From the NCBI GenBank assembly GCA_040754455.1, contig JBFMCP010000016.1, positions 1-64,000 on the forward strand: a stretch of 64,000 bases of DNA, written 5' to 3'. A program made the position numbers and the translations under genes. The notes under the pieces are model-generated. The model searched no databases and was not told the origin of the DNA. It worked only from the letters and a program-made list of their open reading frames with translations. Of the stretch, positions 53,059-61,995 are shown in pieces. Source of the stretch: Nitrospirota bacterium (GTDB lineage Bacteria > Nitrospirota > Thermodesulfovibrionia > Thermodesulfovibrionales > Dissulfurispiraceae). The first letter of the stretch is position 1, and every line of letters starts with the position of its first letter.

Positions 53059-53898
53059 ATGGGAATTCTCGATTATTTCAAACCGGTATCGTCAATGACC
53101 GCTGAGGAGGTCAGGAAATTTCTAAGAGAGAGAAATCCTGATACGTATAATCTCGTCGATGTGCGCCAGCCGCGGGAGTATGAGCGCGGTCATCTTCCCG
53201 GTGCTCACCTTATCCCTGTCGGCCAACTGCCGAACCGTCTCAATGAGATCGATCCGAACAAACCTACCGTTGTCTATTGAGGATCGGGGGTACGCAGCCG
53301 TGCTGCTGCATCGGTCCTTTCCAATGCGGGGTTCAGAGAGGTATACAGTATGGAAGGAGGCATTCGTGCCTGGGAGGGTCTCAGGGCTGAAGGCATACCC
53401 GAGGCCGGCATGATATATTTCGACACGGCGAAAAATCCGGAAGAGCTGATTGCCCTTGCCTGGACGCTCGAAGAGGGCTCACGAAGGTTCTATGCCGAGA
53501 TATCTGCTCAGATCGAGGACAGCGACACATTGACTCTGTTTAAAAACCTCACCACTGCTGAAGAACATCACAAAACAGCGCTCATCAATCTCTATACCAG
53601 CCTTACCGGTAAAGCGCCCGACGCAGGATTTCCCCTTTCGCTCGTTTCGGCAGGAACAACTAATGACTACATGGAAGGCGGTATGCAGGTAAGTGAGGCC
53701 GTAGCATGGGCCAGGGCCAAGAACGTGCATGAGATACTTGAGCTCTCCATAGCACTCGAAACCAATGCCTATGACCTCTATCTAAAGATGCGGAGTGCGG
53801 CTGGCAATGACCGCTCAAAAAAGGTCTTTACGACACTCTACGAAGAGGAGAAAGAACACCTCGATCGCCTTGCAGAGTTATTGGGGAAAAAATTCTGA
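53059..53898 (+). CDS. selenoprotein candidate: rhodanese plus ferritin-like/rubrerythrin-type fusion (279 aa, UGA at codon 74)
   Basis: ORFs 53059-53280 and 53350-53898 share a frame separated by one TGA in VVY-U-GSGVRSRAAA..L...GF..VYSMEGGIRAW. The TGA occupies the rhodanese catalytic Cys position. C-domain has EEHH and EEKEH motifs. Confidence 0.85.
53281..53317 (+). promoter_or_regulatory. bacterial SECIS-like hairpin
   Basis: GGAUCG...GCAGC-CGU-GCUGC...CGGUCC stem-loop starting immediately 3' of the UGA; apical loop contains GU. Confidence 0.6.
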
Positions 53899-53997
53899 GG
53901 GAAACGAAGAAGTCAGGAGCCAGAAGAAAAGCATCTGACAAAAATTTTCTTTTGTTCTTTTCTTCCGGATTCCGGTTCCTGGCTCCTGGATTCTGCT

Positions 53998-55494
53998 TTA
54001 TTTGAACGTTATCTTCTTCTCTTCCATCTTCGCCTTCAGCAGCTCTCCGAGCGTACTGAGGCTGTTGGAAGACTTCTCTTCCTCTTTGAGTGACTCTTTA
54101 TACTGCTTGAGCTCATCCTGTTCCGCCTTATCAATGATCCCTTTGCGGCTCAGGAGCACTTTACCCTTTTCCTGGTCGACCTCGAGCACGATCGCCTGCA
54201 TCTCGGAGCCGGCAGGGAACATGGCATTGTGATCGGCGCCTCTGGCAGTGCCCATTTCGGAATTGGGGATCAGGCCGGAGAGCCCATTGCCGTTCTTAAC
54301 GAAAATGCCGAAGGGCATCACTTTTTCGACGATCCCGTTGAAGCGGTCGCCGACTGCGGGGAGCTCGATCTTTTTCGGCTCCCGCTTGGGCTGCATTGAA
54401 AGTGAAAGCTTTCTGTTCTGCGGATCAACGGCAAGCACATATGCTTCAACCTGCTGGCCGACTTCCACCACCTCTTTGGGATGGTTGATGCGTCTCCCTG
54501 CTCCGAGATTCGAGATATGGATCAGTCCGTCGATGCCGGTCTCAACACTGACGAAGGCGCCGAAGGGGGCCAGGCGGACAATAGTGCCGTTGATCCTGCT
54601 GCCCTCGGTGTATTTCGCCGCAGCCATGCTCCAGGGATCGGGCTGCAGCGCTTTCAAGCTGAGGGAGACACGATGTGTGTCCCAATCGAGCCCTATAATT
54701 TTCGCTGTCACTTCCTGTCCGACTGATACAACATCGCCGGGCTTATCGACTTTCGCCCAGGAAAGTTCGCTCATCGGGATAAGGCCGTCGATGCCACCCA
54801 GGTCGACGAAGGCACCGAACTTCTGGAGAGAGCGCACACGCCCTTTCACCTCTGCGCCGACGCTGAGTGTCGCTCTCAACGCGGCACGCTGCTCCTCACG
54901 CTGCTGCTCCAGGAGCGCCCGCCTCGATACAACGATATTGCGTCCGTCATTTTTATACTCGATCACCTTGAAGGGGAAGGTCTGTTTCAGGTAAGCGGCG
55001 CCCTCCTGCTTGCCGCGCAGGTCAATCTGTGAGAGGGGGCAAAAGCACCGTACGCCTCCAATCGATACCTCGAAGCCGCCTTTCACCTCGGCCTTCACCT
55101 CTCCATTTACCGCGAGGCCCGACTCGAAAGCGTCTTTGACAGCATTCAGCTTCTGCGATGAATAACCGTTCTTGAGTATCGTCAAATGCCTGATGCCGTC
55201 CTGCACGGAAAGGAAATAGGCTTCGACCTCATCTCCCTCGTTCACCCGGGGAATACCCTGCTCGTCCTTGAACTCGGCGAGATCGATGACGCCGTCGCTC
55301 TTGCCGCCGAGATCGACATAGACCGCGTCGCCAGTGATGCCGATAACTTTCGTCCGTACCTTCTGACCAGGACCAAGCCGCATCGCAGGGTTGCCGCTCT
55401 TTTCGAGCAGCGCGGCAAAGGTCTCCTCCTGGGCGGCTTCCTCAGGCGCTCCGTTGCTATTTAAAGTTTCATTCGTGATGCTTTCGTCGGGCAT
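53998..55494 (-). CDS. rpsA: multi-S1-domain protein (30S ribosomal protein S1-like)
   Basis: Repeated S1 motifs FGAFVDLGGIDGLI, FGAFVSV..GIDGLIHIS and FGIFV; possibly a paralogue. Confidence 0.8.
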   Translation of the reverse strand: MPDESITNETLNSNGAPEEAAQEETFAALLEKSGNPAMRLGPGQKVRTKVIGITGDAVYVDLGGKSDGVIDLAEFKDEQGIPRVNEGDEVEAYFLSVQDGIRHLTILKNGYSSQKLNAVKDAFESGLAVNGEVKAEVKGGFEVSIGGVRCFCPLSQIDLRGKQEGAAYLKQTFPFKVIEYKNDGRNIVVSRRALLEQQREEQRAALRATLSVGAEVKGRVRSLQKFGAFVDLGGIDGLIPMSELSWAKVDKPGDVVSVGQEVTAKIIGLDWDTHRVSLSLKALQPDPWSMAAAKYTEGSRINGTIVRLAPFGAFVSVETGIDGLIHISNLGAGRRINHPKEVVEVGQQVEAYVLAVDPQNRKLSLSMQPKREPKKIELPAVGDRFNGIVEKVMPFGIFVKNGNGLSGLIPNSEMGTARGADHNAMFPAGSEMQAIVLEVDQEKGKVLLSRKGIIDKAEQDELKQYKESLKEEEKSSNSLSTLGELLKAKMEEKKITFK

Positions 55495-55672
55495 AACATT
55501 ACCTCACAATAAAATTTATGGCGTGACCTCAACTGCACCGGTTACAGACCTTACAGGGGAGGTTGCTTGAATAAAGCGCTAATCTACAGTTTAAAAGATT
55601 TACGTGGACAGAGTCAATTTTTATCCATCGTGCGCTTTACCTCATCGCGACAACATAGTATACTTTGAAAAT

Positions 55673-55843
55673 ATGGATAAGACGGATAAAAAAGAACAGC
55701 GCAAGAAAAATCCCTGCCCTGACTGCACGTTCTGCCAATGCTGCAGCGAGACCCGTTGCAGCATGTGCCGGCCGACGGGGAAGAAGAAAGCGAAAAAGTG
55801 CGACACACCGAAGGTCCACAAGCCGCTCTTCAGATCCTATTAG
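55673..55843 (+). CDS. small basic Cys-rich protein
   Basis: MDKTDKKEQRKKNPCPDCTFCQCCSETRCSMCRP...; CxxCxxCxxC-x4-CxxC; weak RBS. Confidence 0.45.
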   Translation: MDKTDKKEQRKKNPCPDCTFCQCCSETRCSMCRPTGKKKAKKCDTPKVHKPLFRSY

Positions 55844-55943
55844 GTCGCAAAAAGAATTTGATTTTACCGTCGATCGGGCATTATGATTAAAGACGGTGTA
55901 TGCATACAATCCAAACCAACCATAAAAGGGGGAACGCACTACG

Positions 55944-56720
55944 ATGAAAAGAATCGCGGCAGTAGCAGTGGGCGCCGTGCTTATCGCCGGACAGGTGTAC
56001 GCGGCTGATAAGCTGGAGCTGAAGGAGCAGAAAGACAAGGTCAGCTACAGTATCGGTGTCGACATCGGTACCAATCTAAAGAACGCCGGCATCGATGTCG
56101 ATCAGGAGACGTTGTCAAAGGGCATCAAGGACGGCCTGAGCGGGAGCACCCCCGTAATGACCAAGGAAGAAATGCAGCAGACCTTGATGGGTCTGCAGAA
56201 AGAGATGATCGCCAAGCAGGCTGAGAGGATGAAGACCCTCGCTGAAAAGAACAAAAAGGAGGGTGATGCGTTCCTCGCCGAAAACAAGAGTAAGGAAGGG
56301 ATAAAAACCCTGCCGAGCGGCCTGCAGTACAAGGTCATCACTGAAGGGACCGGTGCCAAGCCGAAACTGACGGATGTCGTCACGGTACATTATCGCGGTA
56401 CATTGATCGACGGAACCGAGTTCGATAGCTCCTTCAAGCGCGGACAACCGGCGACCTTCCCGGTAAACGGCGTTATTCCCGGCTGGACCGAGGCCCTCCA
56501 GCTCATGCCCGCTGGTTCGAAATGGCAGCTCTTTATCCCGTCCAATCTTGCCTACGGCGAACGCGGCGCAGGGCAGACCATCGGCCCGAATGCAACGCTG
56601 ATCTTCGATGTCGAGCTGCTTGCCGTCAAAGAGCAGTCGCAGGAGATGAATATGCCTCACGGTCACCCTTCTCTTGGCGAGCCCGCCAAAGAGAAGAGCA
56701 AAGAGACGAAGAAGAAGTAA
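55944..56720 (+). CDS. FKBP-type peptidyl-prolyl isomerase (FkpA/Mip-like)
   Basis: Signal peptide; SYSIG, SGLQY, VHYRGTL.DGTEFDSS, VIPGWTEAL and LAYG motifs. Confidence 0.95.
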   Translation: MKRIAAVAVGAVLIAGQVYAADKLELKEQKDKVSYSIGVDIGTNLKNAGIDVDQETLSKGIKDGLSGSTPVMTKEEMQQTLMGLQKEMIAKQAERMKTLAEKNKKEGDAFLAENKSKEGIKTLPSGLQYKVITEGTGAKPKLTDVVTVHYRGTLIDGTEFDSSFKRGQPATFPVNGVIPGWTEALQLMPAGSKWQLFIPSNLAYGERGAGQTIGPNATLIFDVELLAVKEQSQEMNMPHGHPSLGEPAKEKSKETKKK

Positions 56721-56862
56721 AACAGCCATTCGTAGTTATTTGATGGTTATTGGTAGTTATTATAGGTACGAGGCAGGTGCCCTCAACGCCTCGCTTCACT
56801 ATAAATAACTATCAATAACCTGACAACAATACAATAATTATGAACGGCTGTAGGTAGCGAAC

Positions 56863-57438
56863 CTACAGGATACGGATGCCGAACTTTTTCAGGCTTTCCG
56901 CCAAATCGCTCAACGGCAGCCCGATAACATTGAAGTAGTCACCCTCGATCTTTTTCACAATGAGGGAGCCCAGCCCTTGTATCGCATACGCCCCTGCCTT
57001 GTCGAGGGGTTCTCCGGTCTTCACATAGGCGTTGATCTCCTCATCGGTCAGTCTCTTAAACCAGACCTTTGTTGCAACCGCCTTCGATACGTATCCCCCT
57101 GTTCCGGTATCGAGAACGGTGTAGCCCGTAATCACCGTGTGCGCCTTGCCGCTCAATGCACGGAGCATCTCCTTCGCCTCGCTTTTGGAACGCGGCTTTC
57201 CGAGGACGCTGCGTCCGGCCACCACAATCGTGTCTGCTGCAATGATCACCCCATGACGATACTTCCCGGCAACCGCCTTTGCCTTTTCTCTCGATAAATG
57301 CCGTGCAAGCGCAGGGGGCTCCAGCTGCAGGCTCAAATCCTCGGGGTACTCGCTCGGGTCGACAATAAAAGGGATTCCCGTCAAAGCGAGCAATTCCCTC
57401 CTGCGGGGAGAGGCGGAGGCGAGGATAAGCGTTTTCAT
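56863..57438 (-). CDS. maf: Maf/YhdE nucleoside triphosphate pyrophosphatase
   Basis: LILASASPRR, ADTIV, GKP, DKAGAYAIQG and NVIGLP motifs. Confidence 0.95.
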   Translation of the reverse strand: MKTLILASASPRRRELLALTGIPFIVDPSEYPEDLSLQLEPPALARHLSREKAKAVAGKYRHGVIIAADTIVVAGRSVLGKPRSKSEAKEMLRALSGKAHTVITGYTVLDTGTGGYVSKAVATKVWFKRLTDEEINAYVKTGEPLDKAGAYAIQGLGSLIVKKIEGDYFNVIGLPLSDLAESLKKFGIRIL

Positions 57439-57605
57439 TCCCGGTTAACCTTTCCGTTCAGGCAATAAACGTAACGGACAATTATACCGTATTTCCCGAT
57501 CAATGAATATCGCACCTTGACAGCCGCCCTTTTTTTTAATACCCTTTGACAACGCCTCCTTGATTCTGGGTAATCAGAGAGGGGTACACTTATTAAGGAG
57601 AAAAA

Positions 57606-58046
57606 ATGGACACTATGAAAAAAACGGTTGCAGTACTCGCAGTGTGCTTGTTTCTCGTCGTCGGCCTCATGCCGGGCGGTGCTGCCCTGGCCGACCATCC
57701 CACTGCAAAAATCATGGTAAAAGAGAAGGAAGGAATCGGTAGCTATCTTGCTGATAACAAAGGGATGACCCTCTATTATTTCAAAAAAGATTCCCCGGGG
57801 AAGAGCGCCTGTACCGGTGCCTGCCTCGAAAAATGGCCGATCTTTTACGCAGAAAAAATTTCAGCCCCGAAGGGTGTCGCTGCAAAGGACTTCGGGACTA
57901 TTACCAGGGAGGATGGAAAGAAACAAACCACCTACAAAGGATGGCCGCTGTACTATTTCTTCCAGGACAAGAACCCGGGAGATACCAAAGGTCAAGGCGT
58001 GAACAATGTCTGGTATGTAATCAATCCGGCCACCTTTACGCCGTAA
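57606..58046 (+). CDS. secreted COG4315/Lipoprotein_15-repeat protein
   Basis: GMTLYYFKKD..GKSAC.G.C...WP and TYKGWPLYYF..D..PGD.KGQG...W motifs. Confidence 0.85.
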   Translation: MDTMKKTVAVLAVCLFLVVGLMPGGAALADHPTAKIMVKEKEGIGSYLADNKGMTLYYFKKDSPGKSACTGACLEKWPIFYAEKISAPKGVAAKDFGTITREDGKKQTTYKGWPLYYFFQDKNPGDTKGQGVNNVWYVINPATFTP

Positions 58047-58073
58047 ACGCCAAAATGTGCCGTCACCGATAAG

Positions 58074-58112
58074 GGAATCCCTGGCGCCCACGCAGAGGCC
58101 GCCAGGGATTCC
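58074..58112. terminator. GC-rich hairpin between convergent genes
   Basis: GGAATCCCTGGCG...CGCCAGGGATTCC. Confidence 0.6.
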
Positions 58113-58116
58113 TTGC

Positions 58117-59883
58117 TTATGCAGCCTTCGGAATCAGCAATCCCTTTGTTTGACTATGGACCAGTGAGGCGTAGTAGCCGTTCATGGACATCAATGTTTC
58201 GTGAGTGCCGCTCTCGGCGATCCGTCCATCCTTGAGCACGAGGATCCTGTCGGCCCTGACTACGGTTGAGAGGCGATGGGCAATGATAAAGGTCGTTCGT
58301 CCTTCGATCAAACGCTCAAGTGCGTCCTGCACCAGCGCTTCGGATTCCGCATCCAGCGCAGAGGTCGCTTCGTCCAGGATGAGGAGCGGCGGATTCTTGA
58401 GCAGCGCCCGTGCAATGTTCACCCTCTGCCGCTCACCTGCTGAAAGACGGCTGCCGCGCTCGCCGACGACGGTATCATAGCCGTCCGGCATGCGCATGAT
58501 GAAATCATGGGCGTTTGCCGCCTTTGCAGCCTCTTCTATTTCACGCCAGGTGGCACCCGGATTTCCGTAAGCGATATTGTTCCGCACGGTATCATTAAAG
58601 AGGAGTGCATCCTGAAACACCACGCCGATCCGGCGGCGCAATGAGCGCTGCTTCAGATTCCTGAGATCCACGCCGTCGATGCGTATGGCGCCTGAAAGCG
58701 GATCATACAGCCTCTGGAGAAGGGCCATCATCGTCGTCTTTCCCGCACCGCTGGGGCCGACCAGCGCCACCACCTCGCCCGGCGTGATATGAAGATCGAT
58801 GTTGTTGAGAATGAGCGTGTCCTTGTTGTAGCCGAAGCTCACCTTATCGAAGACCACCTCCCCCTTTACTGTCCGGACCGGACGTGCATCGGGCATATCG
58901 ACCATGTGATCGTGCTCATCGAGGATCGAGAAGATGATGTCAAGGGATACCGTCGCCTTGCGCATGGTCTGATAGACACCGGTCAATCCCTGGACAGGAC
59001 CGAACAATCCTCCCACATATCCCTGAAAAGCGATGAGGGTGCCGATGGTCGCTTCACCACGGTATACCAGATAGCATCCCAGGGCGATCGCCGCGATCCG
59101 TGCGAGCATCGCGACCAGGTTTTTGGCCGCCCCTACCTTGGTGTCGGTAGCGACACCGCGGAGTACCACCTCATTGGCGCCATGCACACCGGCCAGAAAG
59201 TGCTTCTTTTCCTCTTCTTCAGTGGCAAAGCTTTTTACGGTCAATATCCCTGAAAGCACCTCGTTGAGACGCGAGAAGACTTTCGACCATCGATCGACGA
59301 GAATGCGTTCACGCTGTGTCTGCTCCGAAGCTGCCCACATGCCGATGAGAGCGGGGAGCGGTGCAAAAAAGAGCACGACGAGGGAAAGCCGCCACTCGAG
59401 ACGGAACATCACGATCATGGAGAGAACGAGATACACCACGGCAGGCAGTACATTAAACGCGAGTTCCGACAGCGCCGTGACAAAACCATTCACGCCGCGA
59501 TCGAGTTTGGTCATGATACTGCCGACGCTCTCTTTGCGGTGGTAGGTCAGCGGGAGGGCGTGGAGCCTGCTGACCGTCGCTTCGAGAAGGCCGTAATTCA
59601 CACTCAGCCGGACCCGCCACGCGAGCCAGTTCGAGATGCCATGCATCCCTTCCCGGGAAATGCCGAGGACGAGGAGTCCGCCGATACCGATGGCGAGTAC
59701 CTGCATGGTACCGTTGCCCAGCTTGTCGAACAGATACTTCAACATAAGCGGTTCAATCGCCTCCACGGCAGCCGCGGCAAGCGTCAGACCGAGAATGAAA
59801 GGAATCGAGCCTTTATGGGGTTTCACAAAGGCAAGGGCACGTTTCGTTTTACACAACCAACTGTTTTCCGGTTGCGGACTCAT
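58117..59883 (-). CDS. ABC exporter, fused TMD-NBD (MsbA/Sav1866-like)
   Basis: N-terminal TM domain; GPSGAGKT, LSAGERQR, DEATSALD and IAHRLST; start follows GGAGG. Confidence 0.92.
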   Translation of the reverse strand: MSPQPENSWLCKTKRALAFVKPHKGSIPFILGLTLAAAAVEAIEPLMLKYLFDKLGNGTMQVLAIGIGGLLVLGISREGMHGISNWLAWRVRLSVNYGLLEATVSRLHALPLTYHRKESVGSIMTKLDRGVNGFVTALSELAFNVLPAVVYLVLSMIVMFRLEWRLSLVVLFFAPLPALIGMWAASEQTQRERILVDRWSKVFSRLNEVLSGILTVKSFATEEEEKKHFLAGVHGANEVVLRGVATDTKVGAAKNLVAMLARIAAIALGCYLVYRGEATIGTLIAFQGYVGGLFGPVQGLTGVYQTMRKATVSLDIIFSILDEHDHMVDMPDARPVRTVKGEVVFDKVSFGYNKDTLILNNIDLHITPGEVVALVGPSGAGKTTMMALLQRLYDPLSGAIRIDGVDLRNLKQRSLRRRIGVVFQDALLFNDTVRNNIAYGNPGATWREIEEAAKAANAHDFIMRMPDGYDTVVGERGSRLSAGERQRVNIARALLKNPPLLILDEATSALDAESEALVQDALERLIEGRTTFIIAHRLSTVVRADRILVLKDGRIAESGTHETLMSMNGYYASLVHSQTKGLLIPKAA

Positions 59884-59993
59884 GCCCGCACCTCCCCTGG
59901 TACGACGGAGAAGCCATCGATGCACTTTAGAGAAGATGAAAAGGGGCGTGACAGAACACGACAGGAATTTGCGCTGTTATAACAGCTCATCAT
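59880..59993 (-). CDS. putative 37-aa small ORF coupled to the ABC exporter
   Basis: GGAGGTG-ATGATG start; MMSCYNSANSCRVLSRPFSSSLKCIDGFSVVPGEVRA*; TGA overlaps the exporter ATG (ATGA). Confidence 0.35.
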   Translation of the reverse strand: MMSCYNSANSCRVLSRPFSSSLKCIDGFSVVPGEVRA

Positions 59994-60029
59994 CACCTCC
60001 GGAGTACGGCATGTGTTGCTACATTCGAC

Positions 60030-60061
60030 AGAAAAGCCTGTTTCCTTAAAGGGAAGCAGGC
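60030..60061 (-). terminator. intrinsic terminator of the riboswitch expression platform
   Basis: Minus strand GGCCTGCTTCC-CTTTAA-GGAAACAGGCT-TTTCT (one mismatch). Confidence 0.65.
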
Positions 60062-60095
60062 CTTCATCCGGAGTGGTGATGGATAACAGCGCTGA

Positions 60096-60178
60096 TTCTT
60101 CGGCAGCCCGGCTGTCCGTCAGAGCGGACCCGTGGCTTTGTGTCCTCTGGTCACCCAGAGTTTACCCTTTCGGAAACA
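60096..60178 (-). ncRNA. c-di-GMP-I (GEMM-I) riboswitch
   Basis: Minus strand CGAAAGGGTAAA-CTCTGG-GTGA-CCAGAG-GACACAAAGCCACGGGTCCG..CGGACAGCCGGGCTGCCGAA. GNRA-capped P2, GACAC-AAAGCC junction, P3 and GCCGA end. Confidence 0.9.
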
Positions 60179-60534
60179 CGATGCTTTTTGAGCCTGTCAA
60201 AGACCTTTACGTTGCATGGATGCGGCAATCAGTGGAGGCACCCCGGAAGCGAAGAGGAAGAGGATTCGTGGTGAATGAGAAAACAGCGGGTGAAACTGCA
60301 ACGAACGTAAAACCTCTTGTACCTCCATGCAAAATTGTGACTCCTATTATAATTTTTTGCTTTATTATTTTCAACAGAAATTGTCTGTATCCCATTCATC
60401 TACTTACCTTTTTTCATTACCCCGCTCCGGATGTCCGCCTTGCTGGACGGCAAGTGTATGCATGGGTAGTATACAAGCGTGTGGTATAATGGTGTATTCC
60501 GCAGGCTATTGCGGTACCATTAAAAGGAGTCTTT

Positions 60535-61263
60535 ATGAAAAAGCGTGGCAGAATGATCGGGATTGTTGCAGCAGTACTCTTATTTGTTATGCAAACGGTG
60601 TACGCTCAGCCCCAGCAAACGACAGGAGAGCAATCAACAGCGTCGGCGGCAGCTGCACCTAAAACATTATCAGGCAAAGTGGTCGAGACCATGACAAGCG
60701 GCAATTATACATACATGCTTCTTGAAAAGAACGGCACACAAACATGGGTAGCAGTTCCCAATATGGAAGTCTCCAAGGGACAGGAAGTCTCCTTGAGGCC
60801 AGGGGTTGAAATGGGTGCTTTCGAAAGCAAAACCCTCAAAAAGAAATTCGACAATATCATTTTTTCCGCAGGACCGTCGGACCTGCCGGTCAATGAGCAA
60901 AGCATTCTCCATGCAGGAAGTGGAGTAAAGAGTGCAACAGATAAAACGGTAAAGGTGGAAAAGGCTTCAGGGCCGAACGCCTATACGATTTCTGAAATCT
61001 TTCAAAACGCCGATAAACTCGACAAACAGCCTGTCGTGATAAAAGGCAAAGTTATCAAAGTTTCAGAAGCCATCATGGGAAAGAACTGGGTCCATCTGAA
61101 AGACGGCAGCGGTGATCCCAAGATGAAACTCGTCGTGACCTCAAAGGATCTTCCCAAAGTCGGCGATGTGGTGACTATCAGCGGAACCCTCTATAAGGAC
61201 AAGGACTTCGGGAGCGGATATAAGTATTCTGTTATTGTAGAAGAAGCGAGCATAACGAAATAA
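60535..61263 (+). CDS. exported tandem OB-fold protein
   Basis: Signal peptide; GKVVET...YTY..L....WVAV and GKVIKV...IMGKNWVHL.DG...DKDFGSGY. Confidence 0.7.
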   Translation: MKKRGRMIGIVAAVLLFVMQTVYAQPQQTTGEQSTASAAAAPKTLSGKVVETMTSGNYTYMLLEKNGTQTWVAVPNMEVSKGQEVSLRPGVEMGAFESKTLKKKFDNIIFSAGPSDLPVNEQSILHAGSGVKSATDKTVKVEKASGPNAYTISEIFQNADKLDKQPVVIKGKVIKVSEAIMGKNWVHLKDGSGDPKMKLVVTSKDLPKVGDVVTISGTLYKDKDFGSGYKYSVIVEEASITK

Positions 61264-61292
61264 TTTGAATGGTCAAGAATGCTCTTGGTGCT

Positions 61293-61319
61293 CTCCTCCT
61301 CTCAAGAGGAGGAGTTTTT
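61293..61319 (+). terminator. intrinsic terminator
   Basis: CTCCTCCTCT-CA-AGAGGAGGAG followed by TTTTT. Confidence 0.75.
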
Positions 61320-61322
61320 CCG

Positions 61323-61353
61323 TTGACACCTATTAGTATACATTTGTATACTA
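61323..61353 (+). promoter_or_regulatory. sigma70 promoter overlapped by a palindromic operator
   Basis: TTGACA-N18-TATACT; TAGTATACA-tt-TGTATACTA palindrome at 61334-61353. Confidence 0.7.
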
Positions 61354-61381
61354 TAACAATAATACTGCAGGCAGTTGCCGT

Positions 61382-61879
61382 ATGACAAAACTTGAATCCA
61401 TAAAAAAACATGGTGAATCTGCTCAGGGCAGAAAAGAGCTCCTTAGATATCTGAAGGGCAAAACCCTGACGGTTCATCAGGCAGTACTTGCGCGGTGTTA
61501 TGATTGCATGTCCTACTACGCCGACGGCGTTGCCGACTGCAAGTCTCTCGACTGTCCCCTCTACGAATACATGCCGTATCGTGCCCTCACTCGCAAGAAG
61601 GTCAGGTGTGCATCAAAGAAGCCGGTGAACAACGCAATGCAGAAAAAAAGCAGCAACGGCAAGACAAAAAACAGCCGGGCAAGGAGTGCGGCACATGCAG
61701 CGGGAGAGAAGCTCCCCGCGAAGGTGAAAAAGATGGCCAAAGAAAGAGGGCCCAAAGTTCCTGCGAAGACTGCCGCACCCTCCAAAAACAAACTCCCCGA
61801 AGCCCCTGTTCACCGGAAGCGCAGCGCTCAGGAGAGGTCCTCGAAGAAGAAGTCTCCCCAGCCGCTTCCTTTGTTCTGA
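61382..61879 (+). CDS. hypothetical protein: 4-Cys putative Zn-binding domain plus Lys/Ala/Pro-rich basic tail
   Basis: A.CYDC......DC...DCPLY.YMPYR followed by a histone-H1-like tail. Confidence 0.7.
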   Translation: MTKLESIKKHGESAQGRKELLRYLKGKTLTVHQAVLARCYDCMSYYADGVADCKSLDCPLYEYMPYRALTRKKVRCASKKPVNNAMQKKSSNGKTKNSRARSAAHAAGEKLPAKVKKMAKERGPKVPAKTAAPSKNKLPEAPVHRKRSAQERSSKKKSPQPLPLF

Positions 61880-61995
61880 GAATTCCTGTTCCTCCCCTCT
61901 CTTCACCTGCATTTGCGAATGAGCTGATTGCGCTTCGTTTTATTTTGCCCTACAATTAATTATGAATCTACTATACGGGTCCGGAGTTTCCCATC

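Noticed and set aside
56863..57438. Maf as the flagellin glycosyltransferase
   Set aside because: Name coincidence; the motifs are those of the YhdE-type pyrophosphatase.
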